DNA of 64,000 nucleotides from Neophaeotheca triangularis (GCA_054600435.1 BAAIJX010000026.1:62001-126000), one strand, 5' to 3'; shown: positions 10,432 through 21,922, counted from the first letter of the stretch. Translations and numbers: made by a program. Notes: generated from the letters alone by a model not told the origin.

Positions 10432-11569
10432 GTTGATGGATTGAAATTGCAACTGGATATCGGGAGCTTCTCGAGGATCTCACTAATGGGCAAACTACTA
10501 GTACTCGAAAAGACAAGGAGAATGCCCGTTCAATGGCATCGCAGTCGCGCAGCTGGCTTGCTTGACGTTACACAGCTCCTTGAGGTCAAAGCTTCTTTCG
10601 GTAGGTGAAGCCGAGGTCAGTGTCACGGCCTTATCGATGCAAACGAAAAGATCTATTGTATCAATCAACTAACACTGAATTGATTCTGAAATCACCAGAA
10701 TTTTGTGGACGACATGCTGCAGGTCGAAAGCAACTTGCTCGAACCATGGTCCAACCACCCTGTAATGCAATCAGAGGCAGTGATCTTCAATTCGAAAGAG
10801 TCAACTTTCACGTTAAACAGCTTGCAATATAGATTCAAGTAGTTCAATCAACCATACCATTCTGCGAAAGCAACTCCAGGCCACTATTTAGTCTCGAAGA
10901 AACGCTGGAAAGTGGTCGCATCTGGGATTGACGGCTCTATGTTTCCTGGAGTGTAAGGAGGAGGAAACTATTCTAGACGAACTGCAGACGATGTGTGGCG
11001 ATTATACAGCGAAGCGAATGTAAGCCCGTCCTACCCGTAGAGCGTTCAATACAACATTCGTTCGATTCTCATGGCCGCTGAACAGCATGGAAGTCGTGAA
11101 AGATTGTTGTGAAATCCAGACGATCACTCAAGTGGAGAGGTCATGGCACCGTGATTGACTAGATAGAAGAGCCTGAACGATGCAACTTGGGGTGAGCCCA
11201 GGGTGAACATCGAAGACTGTACATTCGTCTTTGGCCGGGAAGCAATCACATCACTAAGCCTAGTATCCGCTCTACAGTTTCGGCCTCGCATCGAGCATGT
11301 AGACCGCGATTCTGGCGAACCTCACTCGATAGATATTACCTTCGCGAGCCTCTACAGAGCCTTTTCGCAAGCGAGGTAATTGATAGATATTCGATTGGCC
11401 CCTCTCGTTCGCTAAAGTTTCAAGGGTCTTGACTAAATGCTTTTGATGGTTCTGTCAGGCCAGAAAGCATTGGTTGCGGACAACAACAACCAATAGCCAT
11501 TTTTCCTATAGGAAGCAAAAGAATTAAAAGTGAGAGGGGTACAAAATAACAGCAAAAAAAAAGAGATGT

Positions 11570-11735
11570 TGAAGACGGTGAGACTCGAACTCACGAGGAT
11601 TGCTCCACTAGTAATCCATTTTCAGCACAGTTTGCATTGCCTGAAACTAGCGCCTAGGGGAAAGTTGTTAGCAACTTCCTAGTATGTGGCAATGAGATGT
11701 GGGGAGAAGTACCATAACCACTCGGCCACGTCTCC
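11570..11735 (-). tRNA. tRNA-Leu(CAG) with two introns: 59-nt GT-AG intron 11654-11712 (D-arm) and 26-nt canonical intron 11614-11639 (37/38)
   Basis: Spliced sequence GGAGACG TG GCC GAGTGGTTAT GGC G CTAGT TTCAGGT ACTAG TGGAGCAATCCTC GTGAG TTCGAGT CTCAC CGTCTTC A (81 nt). All stems pair; long variable arm; A73; A-box TGGCCGAGTGG; B-box GTTCGAGTC; T9 terminator at 11554-11562. Confidence 0.92.
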
Positions 11736-12563
11736 TGAGAGATAAGGTTGAGAGAATTTTGTGTTTTTGGTATATGATTGCTGAATTCTCTTGGGATAGA
11801 ACACGATACGCACGGATTCGAGAAGTGGACCATGGCAAGAAGTGGGTACAGTCAGTACCTCTTCAAAGAAATCAAAGCATCTTGGAAGCGTCCGATGAAG
11901 GATGACCCCCCAGACGGCTGGCCATGATACTACTATTGTACCTGATCGCTGGAAGGCTTCTAATGGGCTGTCTCTGTCCCACACGAATCCGAGACACGGT
12001 CAGTACCCGCTCACAGGTCACAACACATCGCATTACGTTTGCGCGGGGGAACGACTACCTACGTACGGACTACCTCCCCGGACAACCTCCCGTTCTCCCT
12101 TACATGCCTGTTCATCTTCATCTCACATCGCGGCTCGTCTGTGGTCTTTTCTCCTTTCGAAGCACCACTGCCATGCTTGTCAATTAATTGGTCCTTCGCA
12201 GCAACGAAAACTTTAGCGAGGACTAGCGAATAGAGATAAGTATGACCTGACTAGGCATATTTCCTGCCTTATCTCCAAAGTGGATTTTACCACGCCACAG
12301 GGTTGTCTGCTCTCTTTTTTTTTCGCGCAATGATCCTCGCTCATATACAGTGAGCTCTCATAGCTTTGATATTCCCAAGACACTTCTACAAATTATCCCC
12401 CAAGAGCTAGAAGGAGGTGTAGCCGGTCGCATCCTAACTCAGAGCTCCAACGTTATTAGGCGACGATCCAAGCTTGCGGCGGCGTGTCGTCTGACCTCCC
12501 AACATCAGCTGTGCAGCACAGTCTCAGATCCTAGGAGAGCTCAGGCCCCCACATCCAGCCATA

Positions 12564-14270
12564 ATGGCAATGTACCAACGAAGGTCGTCGACCGAATCAT
12601 TCGGCGGGCAATGGCGTTCACAATCTCCTACCGGTAGCGAACGGCGCAAGCTCTCTTTCAACCCAGCAGGAACATGGGACGGACCAGCGCGAGAGGAGCC
12701 TGTAGGAGCTTTTGAGGTTAGCAAGAACAAAAGAATATTGCAGGTTGGGATAGCAGTGCTATTCAATCTCTTTGCTGCCGGGACCGTTTTCGGTTACGCA
12801 GCTCTCAAACCAGTCTTGGTGGAAGAAGGGGTCTACAGGGACAGATGCACAAAGCAAGAGCTTGAGGATGGCGTTTGGGTATGCTATGAGCAGGAGCTAC
12901 GGCTGAACTTGATGTTCACGGTTGCGGCTGTTTCGACGAATGTTTGCGCCCTGCCCGTGGGCACGATACTCGATCTATTTGGACCCCGGATAGCAAGTCT
13001 TTTGGGAGTGGTCTTCATGACGATGGGAGCGCTCTTCATGGCTTTCGCAAATAGTCTGCCATTCGACGGCTACATCCCTGGCTACCTCTTCCTCGCTCTT
13101 GGCGGACCTTTCGTCTTCATTTCGTCTTTTCAGCTATCGAATACCTTTCCGCAGAATTCTGGTCTGATCCTTGCGCTCCTGACCGGCGCATTCGATACGA
13201 GTAGTGCGGTCTTCCTCCTGTACCGTCTCATTTACCAGGGAACCGACGGAGCATTCACACCTCGCAAGTTCTTCCTGGCATACCTCGTCGTGCCTGCCTT
13301 CATCCTCGTAGCTCAGATCTTCATCATGCCAGCCTCCTCGTACAAAACCGTAGGCGAACTAGTCAAGCAGGCTGAAGCCGACGACAATTCCGACACAGCA
13401 TCCGTCCATTCTAATCCCACTGGGGCACTCACCCGCCAACGCACGGCCACTTCGGAAGAAGTCACGAACCTCTTGGGCACCAAAACCGGCGACAAGCAAG
13501 CAGAGCAAGAGAAGCAAAAAGCCGAAACGTCCGGCGTCTATGGTGCCTTACACGGCAAGACAGCATCCCAGCAAATACTGTCGCCTTGGTTCGTGCTCAT
13601 CACGCTCTTCACAGTGATTCAAATGATCCGCATAAACTACTTCGTAGCGACCGTGCGAACCCAATACGACGCCATCCTCCCTCCAGGACCGCCTCCAGGA
13701 AACGCAGTGCGTCTGAACAACTTCTTCGACATCGCTTTACCGCTCGGCGGCGTTCTCAGTGTCCCCTTGATCGGGCTCGTCCTCGACCACACTTCCACAC
13801 CCTTCACGCTGGGCCTACTAGTAGTCGTCGCCACGATCATCGGCATCCTAGGAATCATCCCCGAGCTCTGGGCCGGGTACGCCAACATCGTGCTCTTCGT
13901 CCTCTACCGCCCGCTCTACTACACCGCTGTCAGCGACTACAGCGCCAAAGTCTTCGGCTTCGCGACGTTCGGCAAGGTCTACGGCTTGATCATCTGTCTA
14001 GCGGGCATCCTGAACTTCAGCCAACAAGGTCTGGATGCGCTGACGCATAGGGCTTTTGGAAATAACCCTCTTTTCGTAAACGTTGCGCTCTTGGCTGTGG
14101 CGGCCGTTATCGGCGTCGTGCTCGTGGGTTTCGTGTGGCGGAAGAGTTACACTATGCATCGGGAGAAGCTGGAGGAGGAGGCCGAGGATGCGCGGGAGAG
14201 GCTGATGCCGGGCGCGGATGAGGAGGAGGTTGAGCGCGAGCATGGACATCAGGGGTATGGGACGGCTTGA
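12564..14270 (+). CDS. MFS transporter, Fmp42/LAT3 (SLC43)-like
   Basis: Intronless 568-aa ORF with about 12 hydrophobic segments; AGTVFGYAALKPVL, GTILDLFGPR, QMIRINYFVATV, FGFATFGKVYG. Confidence 0.88.
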   Translation: MAMYQRRSSTESFGGQWRSQSPTGSERRKLSFNPAGTWDGPAREEPVGAFEVSKNKRILQVGIAVLFNLFAAGTVFGYAALKPVLVEEGVYRDRCTKQELEDGVWVCYEQELRLNLMFTVAAVSTNVCALPVGTILDLFGPRIASLLGVVFMTMGALFMAFANSLPFDGYIPGYLFLALGGPFVFISSFQLSNTFPQNSGLILALLTGAFDTSSAVFLLYRLIYQGTDGAFTPRKFFLAYLVVPAFILVAQIFIMPASSYKTVGELVKQAEADDNSDTASVHSNPTGALTRQRTATSEEVTNLLGTKTGDKQAEQEKQKAETSGVYGALHGKTASQQILSPWFVLITLFTVIQMIRINYFVATVRTQYDAILPPGPPPGNAVRLNNFFDIALPLGGVLSVPLIGLVLDHTSTPFTLGLLVVVATIIGILGIIPELWAGYANIVLFVLYRPLYYTAVSDYSAKVFGFATFGKVYGLIICLAGILNFSQQGLDALTHRAFGNNPLFVNVALLAVAAVIGVVLVGFVWRKSYTMHREKLEEEAEDARERLMPGADEEEVEREHGHQGYGTA

Positions 14271-15025
14271 TGTTGCCGTAGACAGATCGACAGAATCTAA
14301 AGGTGCGAGACTGGATTATTGAAGTATTATTGAAGTGGGATGGTTTTCTGAGTTTTCTCGAGCGAGGCGCTGGTGGGCTGATGTGCGGTTCTAAGCAGAT
14401 ACTGTACAGTTTTACAAACCTTCCAACTTACTCAAACCAACAACGCCCTAAGGAACAAATAATATACTCAACCTCCCGCCCATCTTTCGCAACGGAAGGA
14501 AGAAGATTTCGGCGAAGACTCCTACGAAACTAGGAGGACCCCCATCGAAGCGCGTTGGGATTTTGCTGCAAGAGGTAAAACAAAACGTTTGTCGCTGCGA
14601 TAGATTATTTGAGAGGTCAATCTACAATTGTGTATATTAGGACAATCAATGGGGGCCATCATGCAGCCCAGCCTCGAGCTGCGCTTGCACAACCAATGGC
14701 TGATGCAGAATCGACAACTTGCATGTGCTGTGCCTTGATTGTCGCAAAATTGAAATATCTATATCAGTCGACACCGGTCAAGATTAGAACTCACTCATCA
14801 TTGGTGCTTCTCTCGCAGCAGCATGTTGGTAACCGTCCTTTCCGCAAGCCAGGCGTTACCAGTCAGCGGCCTCAAGAAGCTGGCTGCGCCTACGTCTTTA
14901 CACAATCCTTGCAGTGCGAATCATGAGAAACCTTTTGTAGCTTTTCCATTCCCACTCAACGTTAGTCGAGTTCGGCGACGCAAACCTCAATTCGACCGCA
15001 CCTGCCAAAGGACGGGACCGACAAG

Positions 15026-15787
15026 ATGCGGGCTCACTTGACTTCCTACCTCCTCCGAGGCCTCCAAATTCTTTGCGGCTTTGCAGTCCTCGCACTTTCG
15101 GGCATCGTAATCAGCTGGCAACGAGTCGATGATATACCGAAGACGATATCCGTTAGCGCGGGCGCCGGCGTCTTCTGCGTGCTCGTTTCGTTGGTCGGGT
15201 TTACCAGTGGCTGGAGGTATTCGCTTCCCGAAATGGCCGTGTCTTGCTTGGACGGCTTGGCCGCGATATGGTTTGTTGGCAGCGCTGTCGTAAGTGTCGT
15301 GCTGCTACGGTTGGAAAGGCTGTTGTTGGGTCAATAATAACGGATGCCATTACAGTCGACGATTTTCAAGACGAATTTTTTGGATTGCGAAAACAATGAG
15401 CTCGTTCCCGAGCAGATGGCGAGCACTGCCCGTTGCACAACGATTAGAGCGAATTCAGCGGCCATGTTCCTAGGATTTGCCGTTTGCGCTGCCTGTGGAA
15501 TGCTTCCTCAACTCCGGGCTCTACTCAAGAACGAGAAGACCGAGCCATCAGAAGCGTCAAATTCGGAGAGATCTGGTGGAGCGGTAGTGGAGAAAGACAG
15601 CGAAGGCGAGAAGTATGAATTGGACTCCGAGGCCCTTCGAGCTGAAGTTCCGCAAAAGAATCAAATGGAGACGGTGGAACTGGAAGGGGACGTTGGCATT
15701 TATCACGAACTTGAGGGCTCGTCGAGAGCAAGCTGGCATAGCGATAGAAGAAGGGAGAGATTAGCAGAGTCGCTATCCTATAATTAG
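15026..15787 (+). CDS. MARVEL-like membrane protein; intron 15290-15355
   Basis: LLRGLQILCGFAVLALS N-terminal pattern and four hydrophobic segments. A GTAAGT...TACAG intron joins the two ORFs in frame. Acidic ELxG tail. Confidence 0.7.
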
Positions 15788-17037
15788 TCGATATCTTGCC
15801 GATGTTGCCCTCCTTCCTCGATCAAATCATCTACCTATATACCATGGTGGGCGTCGTCTTAGACATTGATGGAAAGTGTGACGATGAAGAAGTACTGTAT
15901 GTACTACTGTCTGTACTACCTAACTGTGTACTACTTACTGTCTGTACTACTTTGACTGTCTTGGTGCAACAGCGGCTGCAAAGTGTCTCGGCCAGCCAAT
16001 CAGCAGGCGTAGCAACGTGTCGTAGCGCGCTTCCGAAACTCGACTTCACTTCGCCGCCTTCGCCTTTGCCTTTGCCTTTGCCTCCTCACAACGGGACACT
16101 CCTTCACTCTTCTCCATGCGCCTACCAAAGACAACTTGGAATTTCTCATGATTGGCGCTCGTGGCTTGGAGCGCTTCTCATGGCACGCCATGCACAACGT
16201 TCGCATTCGAAACAAGCGCGAGAGGTGTATCAGGTACAACTGAACGACTTCACTTCGCGCCCTTCGACCAAAGTGAAGTGCCGGATGCGCTACAGACTCT
16301 GGGTACGGGAATGTTTTCTATTTGCGCCACCGACCTCTGTTCGCTATGGACGCTTCGACAACCCCAAAGACGAATTCTCTTGTGTTTCGCAGCAGACCGG
16401 GACCAAGTCTGCGAGAAAGGCCTCATTTGCTCATGGCGCCTCTTCCATCTTCGTCTTGAGGCCGAGTCTCTTCCGCGGATACCATAGACAACAATAACAA
16501 CAGGTGAGTCAGGCTCAGTTGAGCCTCAACAACAAAAAGGTCGCCGCCTCGCACCGCACAATACTATTGTCGATTGCCATTTGTGAAGCGCGAGTGACCC
16601 TTTGAGCAAGCACAAAGCCAGTCTCTTTTCTTTCTACCTTATTGTCCATACCTCTCTTCACTCTTCACTTCTATTGTCTGTCTCTACAATACCCATTGTT
16701 ACAGCAGCGCCGGTCGCTTTCCCTTTGTCTTGCCTGGCGCAGATATATGGACTTGATCTTCTAGTTACTATTACACTCTCTGCCTCGCGCATTCCACACA
16801 TTCCGTGACTACTTTTCTAACCGTCATATCAACGATTCCCTTACTTTCCAGCACTATCCGTACGAGGTCATTACACCACCAGTCACATCCAATACGGCTG
16901 CGCCGATTCTACAAAAAACCTATCCTCTCGAAACAACTTCCTCGAACAATCGATACCACCTCCGAGACATTTACCAGGCCATTTATACCAGATCTCACAA
17001 AACACACTTCCAACATCCATTATCCATCAACCTCACA

Positions 17038-18597
17038 ATGTTCGACACTCTAAACACTCTTTCCACGCTGCTAGCGCTCCTCGCTCTCGGCACGATTCCC
17101 ACCAACGCACACAGCTGGGTCGAGCAGATGCAGGTCATCTCTGACAACGGCACGTACGTTGGCGACTATGGCTACATGCGTGGATACCAGGAACGCGGCA
17201 CGTCCGGCGACCTGGACTACCTCATTCCTGCAGCTGGCACACGGATTACTCCCACCGACCTCCTTTGCCCACCTGAACAAAGATCGCCATCCTACACAGA
17301 GCAATTCCCGAAACTCAAGGCTCAGCCTGGTGACTTTGTCGCGATCAAGTACCTTGAAAATGGCCATGTGACTCTGCCACACAACCAGCCTGGCAAACCC
17401 AGAGCTGGCGGGACCGTCTTTATCTTTGGCACTACTCAGCCTGACCAGGAGGAGAAGCTTGCCGACGTGATGCAATGGACTGCTGACGGCAAAGGCGGCA
17501 ACGGAAACGGATACCTCATGACTGCTCAAAACTTTGACGACGGTCGATGCTACCAGCTCAACGATGGGTCGCCAATCTCCGCCGAGCGCCAGAAACTGTT
17601 CCCGGACCCTCTTCCAGGTCAGCCTGAATCTGTCTCGGAATCCTGGTGTGAGACCGACGTTCAGATCCCAGAGTCGCAAGGCACCGACAAGCCGCTCACC
17701 ATCTACTGGGTGTGGTCTTGGCCTACCGCTCCTGGTGCGCCTGGCATAGAAGGCGGCAAGGACGAATACTACACTTCGTGTGCAGACATCGACCTTGTTG
17801 ACGAACAGCCCGGCCGCGAGATCATCCACACCATCGGCCAGCAAGATCCGCGCACCGAGGCTCTCAAAGATTTCAAGTCGCGCTTCGCCTACACCACTAG
17901 CCCAGTCCTGACCCTGTCGGGCGGCGCAACCGTCCCTGCATCTGAAGCTTCACGGCTGAGTGAGGTACCCACAGGTGCCGTCGAGCTGCCAGCCTCTGAA
18001 TACTGGTCCGCCTTCTCTGCCTCGATCGACCCCGCGATCACGCAAATTCAACGCATCGCAGCCGGCGAAGAAGCAGCCCCAACACCACCGGTCAAAGCCT
18101 TCGCAGCAAACCCGCCCCAAGAGGCCAAGGCAACGCCCCCTCCCGCATCACCTACCAACGAAGCTCGCCCTTCGCCCGCTCACCCGGACACCGAAAACAA
18201 AGAAGCAGCGCCTCCAGCACAATCGGGCATGGACAACAAGAAAGCTCAGCCCTCCCCAGCAGAACCAATCACAAGCACCTCCACCATCACCGAATACACC
18301 ACCGTCTCCCCGAGCAACCTCGTAATCGTAACCCAACTCATCACTGTCACCGCGCTTCCCTCTAGCGCCGCGGCGCCCCCGTCAAACCCGCCGCCAGCGC
18401 CGCCAGCACCTTCCGCTTCCGCGCCCCAAATGCCATCCGGCGACGGCGTCGGTCTCACCTTCTCCACCATCGCGCGCCCGGCAGCTCCCACGCCTGCTTT
18501 GTCGGAAAGCGACGACCACTCCGATGCCAACGACGTCGCTGAGAGCAAGCGTTCCGAGCATGTGCGCAAGCACGCGAGGAGTTTCGGGGGCCACTGA
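17038..18597 (+). CDS. Secreted protein with predicted N-terminal His (LPMO-like histidine-brace candidate) and Pro/Ser/Thr-rich tail
   Basis: Signal peptide ...TNA|HSWVEQM; YLENGHVTLP; YWVWSWP; EYYTSCADI. Confidence 0.8.
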   Translation: MFDTLNTLSTLLALLALGTIPTNAHSWVEQMQVISDNGTYVGDYGYMRGYQERGTSGDLDYLIPAAGTRITPTDLLCPPEQRSPSYTEQFPKLKAQPGDFVAIKYLENGHVTLPHNQPGKPRAGGTVFIFGTTQPDQEEKLADVMQWTADGKGGNGNGYLMTAQNFDDGRCYQLNDGSPISAERQKLFPDPLPGQPESVSESWCETDVQIPESQGTDKPLTIYWVWSWPTAPGAPGIEGGKDEYYTSCADIDLVDEQPGREIIHTIGQQDPRTEALKDFKSRFAYTTSPVLTLSGGATVPASEASRLSEVPTGAVELPASEYWSAFSASIDPAITQIQRIAAGEEAAPTPPVKAFAANPPQEAKATPPPASPTNEARPSPAHPDTENKEAAPPAQSGMDNKKAQPSPAEPITSTSTITEYTTVSPSNLVIVTQLITVTALPSSAAAPPSNPPPAPPAPSASAPQMPSGDGVGLTFSTIARPAAPTPALSESDDHSDANDVAESKRSEHVRKHARSFGGH

Positions 18598-19358
18598 GGC
18601 CGGACTTGTACACTCTCTTTTTTGCAGCTTGCGGGTGGGTGGGGTGTTTGAGAAGTGTTTGAGCGATGATGGGAATGACATGTCTTTATCAAAATATGCG
18701 TCGGATCTGAAGGTGGAGGTTTAGGTTGCCTTGTGGTTGATGCTTCTTTGCACGCCGGCATTAGATCGCCGGCGAAGTCGTTATCCCTGGCGTTGAGGAT
18801 GGAGCGTTTTGGTTTGGCGGGACGGGAGTTTATAGATCCAGTGTATTTTTCTGTTTTGCAATGTCAATCTCCTCCCTGTACAAGCTGCTCGTTCTTGTTT
18901 CTCCAACGCTGACCCTAAGGCATGAGGCCCTTGGCATACAAGATCTTCATCCGTTTGGACAACAATGGCTCTTGGATGATGTCGTGCTTGTCCACTCTCA
19001 TGAGCTGATGGTCCGAATACTGTAGTCTGGAGGATATAGAAACGTCCGGCTTGCGAGAGAGGGCTACAGCGGATGTCGCACGATTGAGAGCGCCAGGCGA
19101 AAGTGGCGAGTGAGTCGCTACAAGATACAGCATTCAGCATGGAAGAAATCGACTCGAGTCAAAGACGATGTTATTTCAGTGTTTCATAGCATGCTCCAAA
19201 TCTATGGCGATTATACCTAATAGCCGCAGCATCAAAACGTGGTACGTACCACAATAGTAGTAAGCTACCAGCAACCCTCGCACTATTGTTGCCGTGATAT
19301 AGTACACTCCCCCCGTAAACCACCACCCTCAACCACCACAACCACAGCAAGCATTCGC

Positions 19359-21319
19359 TCAGAGGTCTTCATCCATAGCGTCATCGCCATCAGCCTGCAC
19401 GCCATTGCCATTCGCCGTTTTGCCATTCACAGCAGGCCCCTTGTCGATTGCGTCCTCCTTCTCGCTCGGCACGCAACTCTCCTTATCAATCATCTGCCTG
19501 CTGACACTGACAATATTGTCCTCAATCAGAGTCTGCCCGACGCTCTCGATATGCTTCTTCGGATCGACCTTGCCGACATATCTCGTGCGCAATTGCTCCT
19601 TGGTAAGCTCCGACTCCTCCTTGACGCGCTTCTCATAGCCCTCAGCGAGTTGGACCAGCTTCTCCAAGTTCTGGAGATTGCGCTCGCCCTCGGCGGCGAA
19701 ATCTGGCATCGTGAGCGCCTCGGTCCAGACGGTTTTGTGCAGGTTCATGAGCATGCCTTCCTCGAGGCCGGTTTTGCGGTAGCCGATGCCGATGCTGTAG
19801 TAGTGGCGATTGAGACCGTGGATCAGGGCTTGGATCGAGGGTTTGTTGAGGTGGCCCAGGTTGGAGGTTGTTTGGCGCGGTTCTTGACCCAGCATGAGTG
19901 TTTGCGGGTTGATGAGGCGGAAGGCGTCGATAACGACTTTGCCTTTGACGGATTGAATTGGGTCGACGACGACGGCGACGGCCCGGGGGGTCAGTTGCTC
20001 GAAGGATTGCTGCGTGTTGATGTCGACGGAGGAGAGCCAGCAGCCGAAACCCGGATGGGAGTGGTACCAGCCGACGACGGTCTCTGGTCTGTTTGCACGA
20101 GTTAGCTATGCGCTAATGTCTGTAGTGTTCGTGACGTTTGCCTACCTCCCCGTTTGCCGCAGCATGTCCATCATCTTGGTCTGGAAAACTGGATCCACCG
20201 CCTCGACCGACACACCGGTACCTGATTGCGGCATGGCGAAGACGTCTACAACGCGTACTGTGTAGTCATCCACAAACTCTCCCAGCATCAGACCCATAAC
20301 TTCCATCGGCACGCCGGCTCTTCCGTGTCGCAGCATCTTCAGCAAGGCAAGAGAGGAGATGTAGACGGTCTCGGCATTGTCGACGATGTTAGTGTCCTAA
20401 GCGGAAGAGTCAGCATGTCGCGGTTCAAAACCAGACCAAGCAAAGTGGCATGCATTGTCAGTGCGGAGTCTCCTGTGGGCTTCAATTTGGCGGACCCGGT
20501 CTCGCCATGCAGAAGATGGACCGCCAAGGTCTCGTAGCTCTCGCGCATTTGGTATCCTTTGCTCCCTTGTAGCGGTTGCCCATGGAGCTCGTGGATTGGC
20601 CCCTGACCCAGTGTTCGATCTCAATCGAGCTGTGGCGTGAGTGCGTCCTGCCGTGTCACTTGAATGCAGAACAGGGGCAGAACCGCGCCTGATGGGATCC
20701 TCGGTTTGGCCGTCGAGTAGCGGTGGGAGATCATCCTCGCTTTCATTCATCTCGCCTTGCGAGCTTGGTGTCGGTGTAGTTGACCCCGTCTCGTCCTCCG
20801 AGCTCGATGGGGTGGAAGGAACGCGTATCGGCATGATTGCGAACGACGTTGTATGGTTGGATAGCTTGTGGTGTTGGAATCGCCGTATTCATCGTACTCA
20901 GACCACAGAGCAGCGTTGTTGGGGAGGCGTGAAGTGCAGTGGCTCTTGCGGCAAGGCCAAAGTTGCGGTTGCCATTTGCCATGCTCGCCGCATCTTGACC
21001 GCTGCCATACCAACAGACGCCGGCGTCCAGTGGCAAGAGCCCATCTAGCAGCCTCCGAACAGCAAGGTGGCTCCACCCATGATTTGGTATTTCCGCGTAT
21101 CGTGCTCTTCCTCATGCGACGAAATGTGCATGTGCCACCCATATATCCATCCGGCTCTCGTCCATCCGGCTCTCGTCCATCCGGCTCCGGTTGACTTCCC
21201 ACAGGAGACTCTATCGAACATTCGGATGCGCTGCTTTCTCACGAACTTACCTGCTGTGGTCCACCTGCACCTCCGCCCATACCCTGCGCCGCCTGCAACA
21301 TCCTCTGTAACCGGTCCAT
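19359..21319 (-). CDS. RPN11: 26S proteasome lid deubiquitinase Rpn11; exons 21319-21251, 20396-20146, 20088-19359
   Basis: [15 protein letters not shown] start; [35 protein letters not shown] motif [23 protein letters not shown] introns of 854 and 57 nt. Confidence 0.95.
21147..21188. repeat. 15-bp tandem repeat (CCATCCGGCTCTCGT) x ~2.8 inside RPN11 intron 1
   Basis: ccatccggctctcgt ccatccggctctcgt ccatccggctcc. Confidence 0.85.
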
Positions 21320-21922
21320 GTTGAAGTTGGGAAGATGTGATCAAGCGAGTGTCGGCGACTGCAGCTGTTTGCTCGTCCAGTAGGTAGATTCGTAGGTGAA
21401 GTGTTGGGAATCGTCCGGGCTGTAAGTGATGGTATTTGTGGTAGGAAGTGGCGCCGTAGGTTGCTGATGGGGCTCGTTCAACAGTGGCCAGAGTGAAGGT
21501 ATGGGTGCTATGTAATTGCTGAAGCTCCCAGGCCGGGCCGTGAGCGTGAGAGGCGACAGGGCGGGCGTCGGAGTTAGGATGCCAAGGCCGCCCCAAATCC
21601 ACTCGTATCGGCCTTGAGCTTCATCCACGCTGGATGGGAGCTTCCCTCACATAGTAGTACTACCACACTCCTCCCCCAAAAGGACTCTTTTGTTTTCACA
21701 GTATCCCAGCGCTCAGACAACCAATGCATTGAACGTATAGTGCATACAAGTAAACTCCTACCGTCAAGTTTCCAATCTGTATCGGACTGGCGCATCAAGA
21801 TACCATTTGCGACAAGAGGCCCACCGCGAGAAGCCCAGCTTCTACGCTCACATTCGACCGCGTCGTCTGCCACTCGTCCACTCCTCGACCAGTGAAGGAC
21901 TTCCCCCATTTCGTCCGTCGCC

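Noticed and set aside
11679..12233. ORFs overlapping or next to the tRNA as a possible host mRNA for the GT-AG intron
   Set aside because: No coding-like composition, and both sides of the intron are tRNA sequence, so no host protein exon explains it. An overlapping Pol II non-coding transcript cannot be excluded.
15796..16497. 233-aa ORF and degenerate TACTGT repeats (about 15892-15960)
   Set aside because: TTG start, low-complexity and atypical composition; probably promoter sequence. The repeats are irregular and not CRISPR-like.
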